Source: a virus | Lineage: Duplodnaviria; Caudoviricetes | Length of the DNA stretch: 64,000 nucleotides | Virus record (IMG/VR): IMGVR_UViG_3300050491_000011 | Strand: one strand, 5' to 3' | Position numbers and translations under genes: made by a program | Notes under the pieces: model-generated | Database searches by the model: none | The model's input: only the letters and a program-made list of their open reading frames with translations | Told to the model about the DNA's origin: nothing | Part shown: piece after piece, positions 34,381-44,269 of the stretch | How the letters are laid out: every line of letters begins with the position of its first letter | Position numbering within the stretch: position 1 is the first letter of the stretch

Positions 34381-35028
34381 ATGGCTGAAGTTACAAGTGC
34401 TCTGCCGCTACAGCTTGCCCGCATCGATCTAACCTGCGAGGGTGAAGAAGATCTCCAGTTCACTGCAAAGATCACCCTGGTCGAAGAAGGCTTTTCCACT
34501 CAGTCGATGGAAGACCTGATCCGCGACGTCTATCATGACGTTCACCCTAATCAGGGTGAAGCGGTAGTCAAAGTCAGCCATGTAAGTAGTGACTACATCG
34601 ACACACCTGCCAACCCGCAGATCCAAGTGCCGATCCATTTCCTGCGCAATACGGCGCTCGATTACGCAGTCGCCGAAGGATTGGAATGGTTATTCGACGA
34701 CGGTGAAGGTGTACGTGAGCTCATCTTCCGTGATGGGAATGTGTTTTCCTCCGGCCAGTGTACTCCATTCAGGCCGTCACGTTCCAATTCAATCTGTGCG
34801 TTCTTCATCGGCAAGCACGAGTTGAATGTCGAATGGGATTATCCTCAGGGCGTCGGCGCTGGCACGAAGCTACCTCGTGTCGGAGAGACAAGGTTGATGG
34901 GTTTCCCACACGGCATCGCTGGACAAACCCTTCCAGAAGCTGTGGCTCGCTACATGGTTCAATCGGTTACGCCTCGGCCGTACGTAGCCATCCCTTACTC
35001 TCTGATCCCAGAGCTTGCAAGTAAGTAA
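34381..35028 (+). CDS. phage protein with NinX/DUF2591-like C-terminal domain
   Basis: ALDYAVA...FRPS...GQTLPEAVAR pattern. Confidence 0.5.
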   Translation: MAEVTSALPLQLARIDLTCEGEEDLQFTAKITLVEEGFSTQSMEDLIRDVYHDVHPNQGEAVVKVSHVSSDYIDTPANPQIQVPIHFLRNTALDYAVAEGLEWLFDDGEGVRELIFRDGNVFSSGQCTPFRPSRSNSICAFFIGKHELNVEWDYPQGVGAGTKLPRVGETRLMGFPHGIAGQTLPEAVARYMVQSVTPRPYVAIPYSLIPELASK

Positions 35029-35089
35029 TAACCCAGGACAGCTATCATGTGGTAACTGTCCTGATTGATCTCAACATGGGAAAGTAAAT

Positions 35090-36247
35090 ATGTCTTTGGT
35101 AATTGCTGACGAAGGTCCATTCATCAAGGTTGACCACATCAACTTCAAGAACCGCATCGAGAAGATTCCCGGTGGCGTTTACAAGGTTGGCGTTGTTGAC
35201 GAAGAGCCGGTCCTGGTAAAGGATCGTGAGAAGTTCGATCTTCCGAAACGCATCTACGGTAAGCACGAAGTTTACAAGAACACTGTCGTTCGTAAGTTCC
35301 GTGAAACCAAAGGTACGCTCGGCGTACTGATGGACGGCCTGAAAGGTACTGGTAAGTCGTTGCTGGCTGAAGGTATCTGCAACAAGCTGATCGAAACCGA
35401 CATGCCAATCCTGCTGGTATCGGACTCCGTCTCGCCGTCGTTGCTCAAGCACTTCATCGAAGCCATGGGTCCTTGTGCGATCTACTTCGACGAGTTCGGC
35501 AAGTTCTACAAGGAAGAAGCTCGTGACAAGATGCTCACGCTCTTCTCCGACTCCAGCCTTAAGCAAGTCATGTTCATCGTGACATCGAACCACACCGGCG
35601 AACTGACGGACGCCATGGTTCACCGTCCTGGCCGCTTCTTCTACAAGTTCAACTACAAAGGCTTGGAAGAAGAAGAGATCCTCGAGATCATCGAAGACAA
35701 CAAGATCGAACCCGCGGTCTTGGCGTACATGCTCGACTACTGCAAGTATCACCAGTGCAGTTTCGATGTGGTGCGTGTCTTGATCGGGTGTGCATTCAAC
35801 ATGCCGACTGTCGAGAAGTACATCGAGGAACTGAAGATCCACAACGTTCCTAATCAGGTATACACGCAGTACCGTGTATCTGAAGTGATGTACAAGGCTG
35901 AGAAGTTCGAAGGCGACATCACTGTCTCCGAAGAGAACGGCATCCTGAAGATCTGCCTGCGTGACAAGCTTACCACCGACGTCATCGAAGAATGCACCTT
36001 CGAGTGGACCAAGGCTGATAAGGTTCCTCTGGGCAAGGGCAATACTGAGTTCCGCATCAAGCTGTCCGATACGCTGACCGTCAAGATCGATCGCACTGTA
36101 TCGAGCTGGAAGGCTAACGGCGTCGTGCTGGATCTGCCGATGAGCTTCGAGAAAGGTGCTGGTGCAGGGTTAAAGCGCCGCCGCCGTGGCTTCGGCGGTG
36201 ACGACGACTACCCGCGTGGTCACCCACTGCATGACGGTGACGACTGA
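35090..36247 (+). CDS. AAA+ ATPase
   Basis: GLKGTGKS Walker A, YFDEF Walker B, TSN sensor, RPGRF arginine finger. Confidence 0.88.
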   Translation: MSLVIADEGPFIKVDHINFKNRIEKIPGGVYKVGVVDEEPVLVKDREKFDLPKRIYGKHEVYKNTVVRKFRETKGTLGVLMDGLKGTGKSLLAEGICNKLIETDMPILLVSDSVSPSLLKHFIEAMGPCAIYFDEFGKFYKEEARDKMLTLFSDSSLKQVMFIVTSNHTGELTDAMVHRPGRFFYKFNYKGLEEEEILEIIEDNKIEPAVLAYMLDYCKYHQCSFDVVRVLIGCAFNMPTVEKYIEELKIHNVPNQVYTQYRVSEVMYKAEKFEGDITVSEENGILKICLRDKLTTDVIEECTFEWTKADKVPLGKGNTEFRIKLSDTLTVKIDRTVSSWKANGVVLDLPMSFEKGAGAGLKRRRRGFGGDDDYPRGHPLHDGDD

Positions 36248-36303
36248 TTGACTGCCGGGACTTCGGTCCCGGCTTTATGCCGCATTGCAATTAATTACAG
36301 TAA

Positions 36304-36311
36304 CACATTGT
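36304..36311 (+). promoter_or_regulatory. putative early promoter box CACATTGT
   Basis: Follows UUCG hairpin 36254-36279; AT-rich upstream. Confidence 0.5.
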
Positions 36312-36349
36312 AAACACGTAACATCCCATCCATCCTAGAGGGTCGTAAA

Positions 36350-36754
36350 ATGAGCGGCTCAGGAAATACCAGTATACTGGATAAGGCAGAACATGCAGTA
36401 GTCTATCTTTGCAAGTTGTTTACGTACGCCACTCACCCTCGACGTAGAGTAGTAGTTGTAGAGCAACCTCGGGCGAAACCTGAAGTACGCCCAACGCCAC
36501 CACCTGACGTGGAGCAATCTGAAAATGAACACAATGGTTCGGATAGTGGCACGCGCCATGAACGCCGAAGGGAGGACATACGACGCCGAAGGGAAAGAAA
36601 TATCCAAGAGCATCGTGCGCACATACGCGCACTTCGCGAAGAAAGGGAAGATCTTCTTAAATACGGCGTTGAGATTGACCGTCTTCTGCACGACCAAGAA
36701 ACAGAACTAAAACAGGAAGGTCACGATATTAACAATCTTGACCTTAAAGATTAA
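36350..36754 (+). CDS. hypothetical charged coiled-coil protein
   Basis: GAGGG RBS. Confidence 0.55.
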   Translation: MSGSGNTSILDKAEHAVVYLCKLFTYATHPRRRVVVVEQPRAKPEVRPTPPPDVEQSENEHNGSDSGTRHERRREDIRRRRERNIQEHRAHIRALREEREDLLKYGVEIDRLLHDQETELKQEGHDINNLDLKD

Positions 36755-36777
36755 CCGACGAAGTAAGGGGTAGTTAC

Positions 36778-37107
36778 ATGTCGATTGGAAGTGTCATCGC
36801 CAAGGTTGGAACAATCGCTGCCGTAGGAGCTGGTGGCTATTGGCTGTATAAGAAACTTCGTGCGGCTTCTGTCGAGATCTCAGCTGAAGAGCGTCTGCGT
36901 GAGCTCAACGCTGAACTTAACCAGAGTTGGAAGATTCTGAGCAGTTGCGCTAAAGCCGCCAAGAAAGAAACAGTTAAGGGCGACTGGTTGGCCGACTACG
37001 AAGTTCTTCGCGAACGCATGACTGGCCCACGGGATAACTATCAAGTAGTTGCCCAGCTCCTCAACGACATCAACCTGCTTGTAGAGCGTGTCGTTAGCCT
37101 GACGTAA
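36778..37107 (+). CDS. N-terminally anchored protein
   Basis: GTIAAVGAGGYWLYKK anchor. Confidence 0.6.
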   Translation: MSIGSVIAKVGTIAAVGAGGYWLYKKLRAASVEISAEERLRELNAELNQSWKILSSCAKAAKKETVKGDWLADYEVLRERMTGPRDNYQVVAQLLNDINLLVERVVSLT

Positions 37108-37166
37108 CCCGTAAGCAAACATAACGGCGGGGTTTCTCCCCGCCCACTTCTAAAGTAAGGATACAT

Positions 37167-37532
37167 ATGAAATACTTAGCAGCTATCGCAATCGCCCTCA
37201 TCGCATCCACCACCTACGCAGCAGAAAACCCATTCGCCAACGGTGATGAAACTTCCCAGCATGAAATCACCGGTAACAACTGCAAGATGCTGGAAGCGAT
37301 TGGTCGGTCTGCCGTTGATGCTAAATCCAAAGGGGTTACTGAATCAACGGTAATCGCCACTCTCATCAAACCTCACCACATGGAGTCTACTGCGTTCAGG
37401 GCGTTCTTCCCTGAGATCGTGACGATGGTCCACGAGATTTACGAAATGGATGGTGACGCCAACCCGATCTCCGATGTCCACTATGCGGACTGTGAGAAAA
37501 GCCTTGGTCGATTTCTTGTCTACTATAACTGA
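37167..37532 (+). CDS. secreted protein (signal peptide)
   Basis: MKYLAAIAIALIASTTYA|AEN; two Cys. Confidence 0.65.
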   Translation: MKYLAAIAIALIASTTYAAENPFANGDETSQHEITGNNCKMLEAIGRSAVDAKSKGVTESTVIATLIKPHHMESTAFRAFFPEIVTMVHEIYEMDGDANPISDVHYADCEKSLGRFLVYYN

Positions 37533-37541
37533 AGGAATACA

Positions 37542-37994
37542 GTGATGCTCAAAGGTCCTATCGTACAGAAAGAAGTACTTGCCGGTAGCACGGCATTGAA
37601 AGTCTGCTCCAGCGTTGCAAAGTCTGGCGCTTTGGCCCAGTCGATCTGCGCACTGGATAACTCCAAGATCGGGACGAAGTTCTCTTTCGTCTATGACAAG
37701 CCGTTCCAGAAAGGTCAGACCGGCATCATCATTGCCACAAGTCGTGGATGGATCGCTCTCTCAATGCAGGAAGAGATCCTCGGCATCTCCACTAACTGGT
37801 CCGGTACAGATCTCTTCTTGAATGAAGAGTTCATCGATCAGTTCAAAGATGTCATCATGGTCGGCCTCCCATCAATCACCATGGCTAAGCTCATGGACCT
37901 TTCCACCGAAGATGCCCCTAAGGCTATCCGGATCTGGAAGTCCATTGCAATGGCTGTTCACGAAGGCATCGTCGCCTTTACGGAAATCGAATGA
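37542..37994 (+). CDS. hypothetical protein
   Basis: AAGGA RBS. Confidence 0.6.
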   Translation: MMLKGPIVQKEVLAGSTALKVCSSVAKSGALAQSICALDNSKIGTKFSFVYDKPFQKGQTGIIIATSRGWIALSMQEEILGISTNWSGTDLFLNEEFIDQFKDVIMVGLPSITMAKLMDLSTEDAPKAIRIWKSIAMAVHEGIVAFTEIE

Positions 37995-38083
37995 TAGATA
38001 ACACACTACGGAGGGTAACACCTCCGTAGTCTTACTTCTTTTTTTTGGTTAAAAGATACTGGCAGTATAAATATTTTAGGCAA

Positions 38084-38091
38084 CACATTAC
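38084..38091 (+). promoter_or_regulatory. putative early promoter box CACATTAC
   Basis: AT-rich upstream. Confidence 0.6.
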
Positions 38092-38129
38092 CGACTCAGT
38101 AACACCACCCCTAAACCAAGGAGTCTGAA

Positions 38130-38435
38130 ATGACTAAGCCTGAAGTAACCAACGTTTACGAAATCAACAGCATCGAAGAACTGGCCGGCCTCATCACCAA
38201 GGTCGACACTGTCATCCAAGACAAGGGCGGCATTATCGAAACCACCATCACCATCGGTGGCGAAGAGTTCATGGCCCGTTCCGAGAACCACCAGAAGACC
38301 GGCGAGAGCGGCGAGATTCTGGCCCGCATTGCTGAGAACATGAAAGACGCGCTGACCGCTGCGCTCGACGCCATCGTCAAAGACGGCGAAGTGTACATCG
38401 AAGGCGTGCAGTTGATGTTCATTGGTGAAATGTAA
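38130..38435 (+). CDS. hypothetical protein
   Basis: AAGGAG RBS; strong codon bias. Confidence 0.65.
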   Translation: MTKPEVTNVYEINSIEELAGLITKVDTVIQDKGGIIETTITIGGEEFMARSENHQKTGESGEILARIAENMKDALTAALDAIVKDGEVYIEGVQLMFIGEM

Positions 38436-38546
38436 GTGGAGTGGCTAACTCCGGAACTTGTAACAGCGTTCAAACCAATCGCCTGGGCGTTCTGTTTAGC
38501 TATCGTCGGTTACGGCGTGGTTAAACACGGACACCACTGGTTCTAA
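38436..38546 (+). CDS. 36-aa single-TM small protein
   Basis: MEWLTPELVTAFKPIAWAFCLAIVGYGVVKHGHHWF; GTG directly after the previous stop. Confidence 0.45.
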   Translation: MEWLTPELVTAFKPIAWAFCLAIVGYGVVKHGHHWF

Positions 38547-38570
38547 ATAATAAACCCGTAACATCCATTA

Positions 38571-39473
38571 GTGAGTGCAACAATGAAAAAGATGATTCTC
38601 GCTGGTCTGGCCATGATGGCCGTTTCGTTCGGTGCAATGGCCGATGTTAAGCAACTGCACTTCTGCACTGGTGCCGAGGGTGGTTTCTACGACTCCTTCG
38701 GCCACCAGCTCGGTGGCGACATCAAGAAGCAATCCAAAGGCCTGGCCGCCGTCGAATACCTGACCACTGAAGGTTCGGTATCCTCGGCAAACATGCTGAA
38801 GTCCGGCGAATGCAACATCGCTCTGCTGCAAGCCGACGCGGTGATCTCCCGTCCAATGCCTTCTGACATCGCCCTGTCGGATGCTCACGCCGAAGCAATC
38901 TTCTGGTTGCACGGTAAGACTGGCGTCAAAGACTTCGACGACATGAGCGACGACGAGAACAAGAACTACGGTGTTGCCATCGTATCTGGTTCTGGCGCTG
39001 AAGTGACCCTGCGTAACTTCGGTAATGTTGACAAGAAGTTCAAGAACCTGAACATCATCACTTTTGATGACTGGTTCTCGGCAGCCAAGGCTACCGCTGA
39101 AGGCAAGATCCGCCGCGCTGGTAATGACATCATTATCGCTGGCATGATCTACGTCGGACGTATGGGTAACATCTCTTCTGAAATCACTGGTGACTTCAAG
39201 GACGATCTGACTATCGGCGAAATCGATGTCAGTTCTTTCGGCGACGTGAAGGATGGGAACAACAATCCACTCTACACCAAGTGCAGCGTTGAAAAGACCA
39301 ACGGCATCAAGACCGATACCTGGGGCGATCCTGTAACCTACTGCGTCCGTGCGCAAGTGGTTTACAACAACGAGATCTTCGCCGACATGGCTGCCAAAGA
39401 TGCGCGCGAACTGCGCAAGTCGATGGACAAAGCCATCGTGCAGAACATCCGTCAGCAACAAGCTGCCAAGTAA
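38571..39473 (+). CDS. TAXI-type (TRAP-associated) periplasmic solute-binding protein-like
   Basis: Signal peptide (AMA|D); CTGAEGGFY..FG; TEGSVSSANMLKSGE.NIALLQAD. Confidence 0.7.
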   Translation: MSATMKKMILAGLAMMAVSFGAMADVKQLHFCTGAEGGFYDSFGHQLGGDIKKQSKGLAAVEYLTTEGSVSSANMLKSGECNIALLQADAVISRPMPSDIALSDAHAEAIFWLHGKTGVKDFDDMSDDENKNYGVAIVSGSGAEVTLRNFGNVDKKFKNLNIITFDDWFSAAKATAEGKIRRAGNDIIIAGMIYVGRMGNISSEITGDFKDDLTIGEIDVSSFGDVKDGNNNPLYTKCSVEKTNGIKTDTWGDPVTYCVRAQVVYNNEIFADMAAKDARELRKSMDKAIVQNIRQQQAAK

Positions 39474-39523
39474 CACGCTAAGCGGCGGGGAGGGAAACCT
39501 CTCCGCTTGCTAATGAGGTCCTC

Positions 39524-39775
39524 ATGTCTGTAATGCTACTGTTGAATACGTATCGTCGATTAGTGAAGCCTACTAACGATGAGTTTCAAGAGATGCGACT
39601 CGCTGCTGTAAGGGCGATGGATTCTGGTGGTGAGGTCACCCTCGCACATGGTCTTACCGGTGTCAAACTTGAGATTACTTTCGGTCGCAAGAAAGCCAAA
39701 GCTGTCAAGCTAGACAATCCCGATAAACCAACGCCTAGACCTAGAAAGCCTAGGGTTGATAAGAAAGCCGATTAG
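39524..39775 (+). CDS. basic hypothetical protein
   Basis: GAGG RBS. Confidence 0.5.
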   Translation: MSVMLLLNTYRRLVKPTNDEFQEMRLAAVRAMDSGGEVTLAHGLTGVKLEITFGRKKAKAVKLDNPDKPTPRPRKPRVDKKAD

Positions 39776-39805
39776 TTTTTTTTCTGCATAGATCAGGAGT
39801 TGTAA

Positions 39806-41449
39806 ATGGAAACTGTAAACAAAGTTGCTGTGGATAAGTCCGGCACTTCTTTCTCTGAGCTGAACGCCGTTGTACAAGCAACTTTCAACAAGAACATGGA
39901 GCTTTACGGCCCTAAGTTGTTTGTCGTTGAAATCAACAACCCGGAAGAACACGACAAGCCTCTGTTCGTGAAATACCTCGAAGGTTTCCCGGCCGAAGAG
40001 AAGCAGCACCACAATTGCCGCTGCTGCCGTCAGTTCATCCACCGCTACGGCGATCTGGCTTTCGTTAACGACGAAGGTGATCTGGTATCGGCACTGTGGG
40101 ATGCTGATGCGGTGTCTGATGAGTTCAAGGCGTCCATCCGTCTGCTGCAACGCGCTGTGACTACCAGCAAGAAGATCCTGCACATGTTCACTGAAGTACC
40201 GGGCGAAACCCTGGGCCTCGGCGAAACCAACGGCTGGAAGCACTTCGTGATCACTCACCCTGATCTCGAGAAGGTCGACGAGAAGCTGATCGGCGAACTC
40301 CGTGGCATGTCCATCGAGAAGGCTGAGCAAATCACCAAGGCTATCGCAGACTACCCAGTCAGCGCTATCCGCACCGGCCTGCACCTGCTGGAAGGTGACT
40401 TCCTGAACATGGCGAAGAAGTATCGCCGTATCGCTGAATGGTTCCTGGCCTTCGCTACCATCATGGAGCCTATCAAGAACGAGAAGCGCCGTGAGAACCT
40501 GATCGCTCGTGAAGCGGCCCGTGTGTCCAAGACTCACAGCCACATCCCAGGCAACGTTCTCGGCCGTCTGCTGGACGACATCAAGGAAGAGAAGTACAGC
40601 ACCACCACCCTGATCCGCCGCTCCAACGAACTGACCAAACCTGAACTGTATCAGCGCACCGTCGCTGCGCCGTCTGAAGGTAACGTCAAGGTGGCTGTCA
40701 AGATCTTCACCGAGCTGGGTATGGACGAGTCCGACCTCGAACGCCGTTCAGCGCGCCTGGAAGAAATCGAAACCATCTGGAAGCCGAAAGCTGACACCGC
40801 ACCGGTTAGCGAAGAGCCGAAGAAGATGTTCGGCAGCATCGTTACCAAAGAAGCTGAAGCCAAGCCAGACGACAAGCTGATCACTTCCCCAGTGCAGCAC
40901 GTTACTCTGCGTACCTTCATGGAAGATGTACTCCGTGCAGGTAAAGCTCTGTCGATGCAGTTGTACGTCCCTACCAGCACGATGCTCGATGTCAACTTCA
41001 CCACTTCGGTGAAACCAGATGCCGGCCGTATCTTCTGGTTCGACGACCATGAAGAGAAGCGTAACCGTTGCTCGTGGTACACCAAGAACAAGCCAGTCGA
41101 TCCTCGTGAACTGAACCTGACTCCTGGCACCTGGGTCAACATCACCGCTCTGGCAGACATCCCGGCTACATGGGGTGGCAATCCACGCGGCGAGCAATAC
41201 TCCACCTGCGCTGCGATCCTGGAAGGCGCTCACATGAAACTGGACAGCACCATGTGCTTGTTCCCTGAGCTGCTGCATCCTGAGCTGTCTGAAGTTGGAC
41301 GTGTTATTGAAACGTACTCCAACAACAACAAGATGCGCGATCAAGAACTGGGTACTACCACTGGTACTCCGCTGGGTCCTAAGCCGCACTTGGTGCGGGT
41401 GAAGACTCTGACCGGTATCAGTCAGTATCAGATCACCGGCTACAAGTAA
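39806..41449 (+). CDS. large conserved-looking phage protein with HNCRCC metal-binding motif
   Basis: 547 aa; QHHNCRCCRQF; strong codon bias. Confidence 0.7.
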   Translation: METVNKVAVDKSGTSFSELNAVVQATFNKNMELYGPKLFVVEINNPEEHDKPLFVKYLEGFPAEEKQHHNCRCCRQFIHRYGDLAFVNDEGDLVSALWDADAVSDEFKASIRLLQRAVTTSKKILHMFTEVPGETLGLGETNGWKHFVITHPDLEKVDEKLIGELRGMSIEKAEQITKAIADYPVSAIRTGLHLLEGDFLNMAKKYRRIAEWFLAFATIMEPIKNEKRRENLIAREAARVSKTHSHIPGNVLGRLLDDIKEEKYSTTTLIRRSNELTKPELYQRTVAAPSEGNVKVAVKIFTELGMDESDLERRSARLEEIETIWKPKADTAPVSEEPKKMFGSIVTKEAEAKPDDKLITSPVQHVTLRTFMEDVLRAGKALSMQLYVPTSTMLDVNFTTSVKPDAGRIFWFDDHEEKRNRCSWYTKNKPVDPRELNLTPGTWVNITALADIPATWGGNPRGEQYSTCAAILEGAHMKLDSTMCLFPELLHPELSEVGRVIETYSNNNKMRDQELGTTTGTPLGPKPHLVRVKTLTGISQYQITGYK

Positions 41450-41459
41450 CACTGCGACA

Positions 41460-41490
41460 CATAGGGCGGGGAGTAATCCCCGCCTTTATG
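41460..41490 (+). terminator. CATA-GGGCGGGG/CCCCGCCT-TTATG hairpin
   Basis: Family member after stop. Confidence 0.65.
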
Positions 41491-41536
41491 CTGTACATTT
41501 ATATTCTACGCCCTCATTTATTAGAAGGACTTTATA

Positions 41537-42058
41537 ATGATTCAGATATTGCAAGTACGTTTGAAAGATGGCGAGACGTTCAACGATCTTCGTGAAGAGC
41601 CTCAGATGAAAGCTCTTAAGCTGTTGCTCGAATGTGAGTTCGGCTTTGGCTGCACAGTCACGGCGATCAGCGACGTCACCGTTTCCGTAACCACGGAGTT
41701 GATGGGTTGTGTTGACACTACGACTCTGACCGGCCCTAAAGAAGAGATGGCACTGGTCATTAAGGCTGCTGCCTACTACTCCCACATTAAGGACCAGATG
41801 TTCCTGCCGGAATACCGTAAGGATTTGGCTAAGCACGTTCTGGAAATGACTGACGGTAATCCTCGCATCATTGCACTTGGTGCTGGGCTATTTGTGGGCG
41901 TCTCGTTCTTACGCGGTACTTTGATTGCGCTGTTGTGTGAAGACGATGTTCAATACTTGCCTCGAATGCAGAAGCTCGATCAGCCTACATTGATGGCGAT
42001 GCTCGAGCTGAAGTTCGGTGACAAGATTCCGATGAATGAGATTCTTGAGCTGGTTTAA
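41537..42058 (+). CDS. hypothetical protein
   Basis: AAGGA RBS. Confidence 0.6.
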   Translation: MIQILQVRLKDGETFNDLREEPQMKALKLLLECEFGFGCTVTAISDVTVSVTTELMGCVDTTTLTGPKEEMALVIKAAAYYSHIKDQMFLPEYRKDLAKHVLEMTDGNPRIIALGAGLFVGVSFLRGTLIALLCEDDVQYLPRMQKLDQPTLMAMLELKFGDKIPMNEILELV

Positions 42059-42097
42059 ATGCAACGACTCCCCGATCCCACGAGGGGCGACTATAGC

Positions 42098-42403
42098 ATG
42101 ACTTGTCATTTCGCCATCATGGAGAATGTCAATCTGACTGTACCGTGGTATTTGTCGCTATCACTCGCCTATTACGAGTACGACGTTTCGCTGGTGTCAG
42201 ACCATCTCTACGACAGGGTGTGTCAGATGCTGGCCCTACATTGGAAAGATATCGAACACCGCCACAAGCACTTAATAGATGTAGGCGCTGTGATGGCTGG
42301 TACTGGTTTCTATTTAAAGGAATGTGACTTGCCTTTAATAGTAGTCTCATCGACCAAGGTAATGGTCAACCACTACATGAAAAAATTGGATAGCAGAAGC
42401 TAA
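42098..42403 (+). CDS. stand-alone NAD-ligase subdomain Ia (Nlig-Ia)-like protein
   Basis: AYYEYDVSLVSDHLYDRV matches the LigA Ia motif YY..D.P.ISD.EYD. Confidence 0.7.
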   Translation: MTCHFAIMENVNLTVPWYLSLSLAYYEYDVSLVSDHLYDRVCQMLALHWKDIEHRHKHLIDVGAVMAGTGFYLKECDLPLIVVSSTKVMVNHYMKKLDSRS

Positions 42404-42404
42404 A

Positions 42405-42548
42405 ATGAATATTCTCATAAAGCGCCTACTCCTGACACTCATCCTCTTCGTTGTCCTCGCAGGTATCGTTGAGATCAGCAAAGGCCCAACGGCGTCTACG
42501 CTTGGCGCAATCATCACAGAACAGGTGAATCAACTCACCAAGGACTAG
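42405..42548 (+). CDS. 47-aa single-TM small protein
   Basis: MNILIKRLLLTLILFVVLAGIVEISKG...; fills the gap exactly. Confidence 0.55.
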   Translation: MNILIKRLLLTLILFVVLAGIVEISKGPTASTLGAIITEQVNQLTKD

Positions 42549-42550
42549 TC

Positions 42551-42883
42551 ATGCGTCCGAACACCGGAACGTCCGACTACCTCAAGGGCATGAACGTCAC
42601 TACAGAAGTGTCCGACATCCATGGGGAGTCAGTAATGAGGACGTACGGTTTGGCGAAGCGTAACTTCCCTGAGCTTTGCGTCCCCAAATATTTCTCTGAT
42701 TCAATCTGCCATGCAACAATGACCCAAGTGGTTCGCGAATGGCGGAGTAAAGGAAAGGTCTTCTACGGCGATCATGATTACGTCTTAGGGCCTAACGCTA
42801 TCATCAATATCCACACCGAGGTAATCACACTCGATGGGGAAACTATAATCAAAGCAACACCACGACCAAGGAGTAAGTCATGA
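42551..42883 (+). CDS. hypothetical protein
   Basis: AAGGA RBS. Confidence 0.55.
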   Translation: MRPNTGTSDYLKGMNVTTEVSDIHGESVMRTYGLAKRNFPELCVPKYFSDSICHATMTQVVREWRSKGKVFYGDHDYVLGPNAIINIHTEVITLDGETIIKATPRPRSKS

Positions 42884-43095
42884 AGAAAGATAACCTGCTG
42901 GAAGCAATCGACATTGCTAAGAGGAACAGTACTATCGACCTCGGTCGTGGGATCTCCATCTTCAGCATGTTCCGTCATAGTGACGGGCGTATGGGGATGG
43001 GGTTACATCCCACTCGTAACGACATCAACCGTCACGGTAAACCCACCAAGAAAAAGAAAGGCAACGTTAAGCAGGACAAGAACGTCTACAAGTAA
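42880..43095 (+). CDS. basic hypothetical protein
   Basis: AAGGAG RBS. Confidence 0.55.
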   Translation: MKKDNLLEAIDIAKRNSTIDLGRGISIFSMFRHSDGRMGMGLHPTRNDINRHGKPTKKKKGNVKQDKNVYK

Positions 43096-43142
43096 CAATT
43101 TGTCGTACAGAACAGCTACTACTTTATTCTCAGGAGTTTCAC

Positions 43143-43724
43143 ATGAACCGCTTGCATAAACCGCAAACCAAAACCGATGCAGTTACACTCATCTCTCGTA
43201 ACCTGATGGATCTTGAGCCGGGTATCCCTAACTTCAGTGGTGATGGCTACGCCCAATCCGCCCTGCCTCACGGCTGGCACGCTCTGTTCAAATCGGCCGA
43301 GGGTACTGACCTACTCGACCACTTCTTCCTGGTCAACCAACTCACTGGCCAGCAGATTCAGATCAAGATGTTCCCTGAGCGTTCCGAATTCCGGACAATC
43401 ATCGAAGTGAATGATGAGCTGGACATGATGGACAACGCCGGGTACTTCTACCACCCGCGTCACGATTCGTCGATCACCATCTACTGGCAGTGCATCGATA
43501 AGGTTGGGATCAATCCTGACCACATCGACGTGCAGTACGTTCTCTACTGCTGTAAGGAAGGTTCGGCCTTCATCCGCATGGCTGATCTGCTGTCTCCGCT
43601 GCTCGACAAGAAGTGGCATGACGAGGGTATCAAGTTCGATGCTCCGCCGGTTGAATGGCGTCATCGCCAGTGGACTGACTACGAGCAAGGCTTTCATGAC
43701 CAAGCACCGAAAGGAGCTGAATAA
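43143..43724 (+). CDS. hypothetical protein
   Basis: AGGAG RBS. Confidence 0.65.
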   Translation: MNRLHKPQTKTDAVTLISRNLMDLEPGIPNFSGDGYAQSALPHGWHALFKSAEGTDLLDHFFLVNQLTGQQIQIKMFPERSEFRTIIEVNDELDMMDNAGYFYHPRHDSSITIYWQCIDKVGINPDHIDVQYVLYCCKEGSAFIRMADLLSPLLDKKWHDEGIKFDAPPVEWRHRQWTDYEQGFHDQAPKGAE

Positions 43725-44260
43725 TGACTGTCATGCACGGTGACTCTCCAGACCTCGACATGCAAGTAACCGTCCACAAAGATCGTGATGCTGGCGCTGA
43801 TGCTGCTGATCGTATCCGTACGGTCGGTGCTGCTATCGCCTACAACGCCAAGGTTGCTCTCAAGCGCCTGATCATTACCTGCATTGTTCTTACCATCGCT
43901 GCCCTTGCTGGCGTTATCTGGTACGGCTATGAAACCCGTGTCCTCGGCACTACCACTGATACCCGCACATGCGAGTTTGAAATCGGTAAGACCAAGATCA
44001 CAGCGGTCCGTAGCTACACCTACCCGTACCAAGAGTATTACGGATTCCACATCCGTGATAACAGCAAGATCTACGAGAAGACCGTAATGGCTCTCGACGG
44101 TACTCAGCTGATCGTCCTCGGCAATGATGCCGGTACTCTCTGGAGTTATTTCGTAGACTCCGGCGATCGTGGTCAGTTCATAATGAAGTCTTCCGATGAA
44201 TACACCTTCATCGTGGGCAAGCAGGCCGATAAGGTCAATTACAAATCCTTCTGCAAGTAG
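43724..44260 (+). CDS. single-TM protein with beta-rich external domain
   Basis: LIITCIVLTIAALAGVIWY TM segment. Confidence 0.65.
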   Translation: MTVMHGDSPDLDMQVTVHKDRDAGADAADRIRTVGAAIAYNAKVALKRLIITCIVLTIAALAGVIWYGYETRVLGTTTDTRTCEFEIGKTKITAVRSYTYPYQEYYGFHIRDNSKIYEKTVMALDGTQLIVLGNDAGTLWSYFVDSGDRGQFIMKSSDEYTFIVGKQADKVNYKSFCK

Positions 44261-44269
44261 GAGCCTGTA

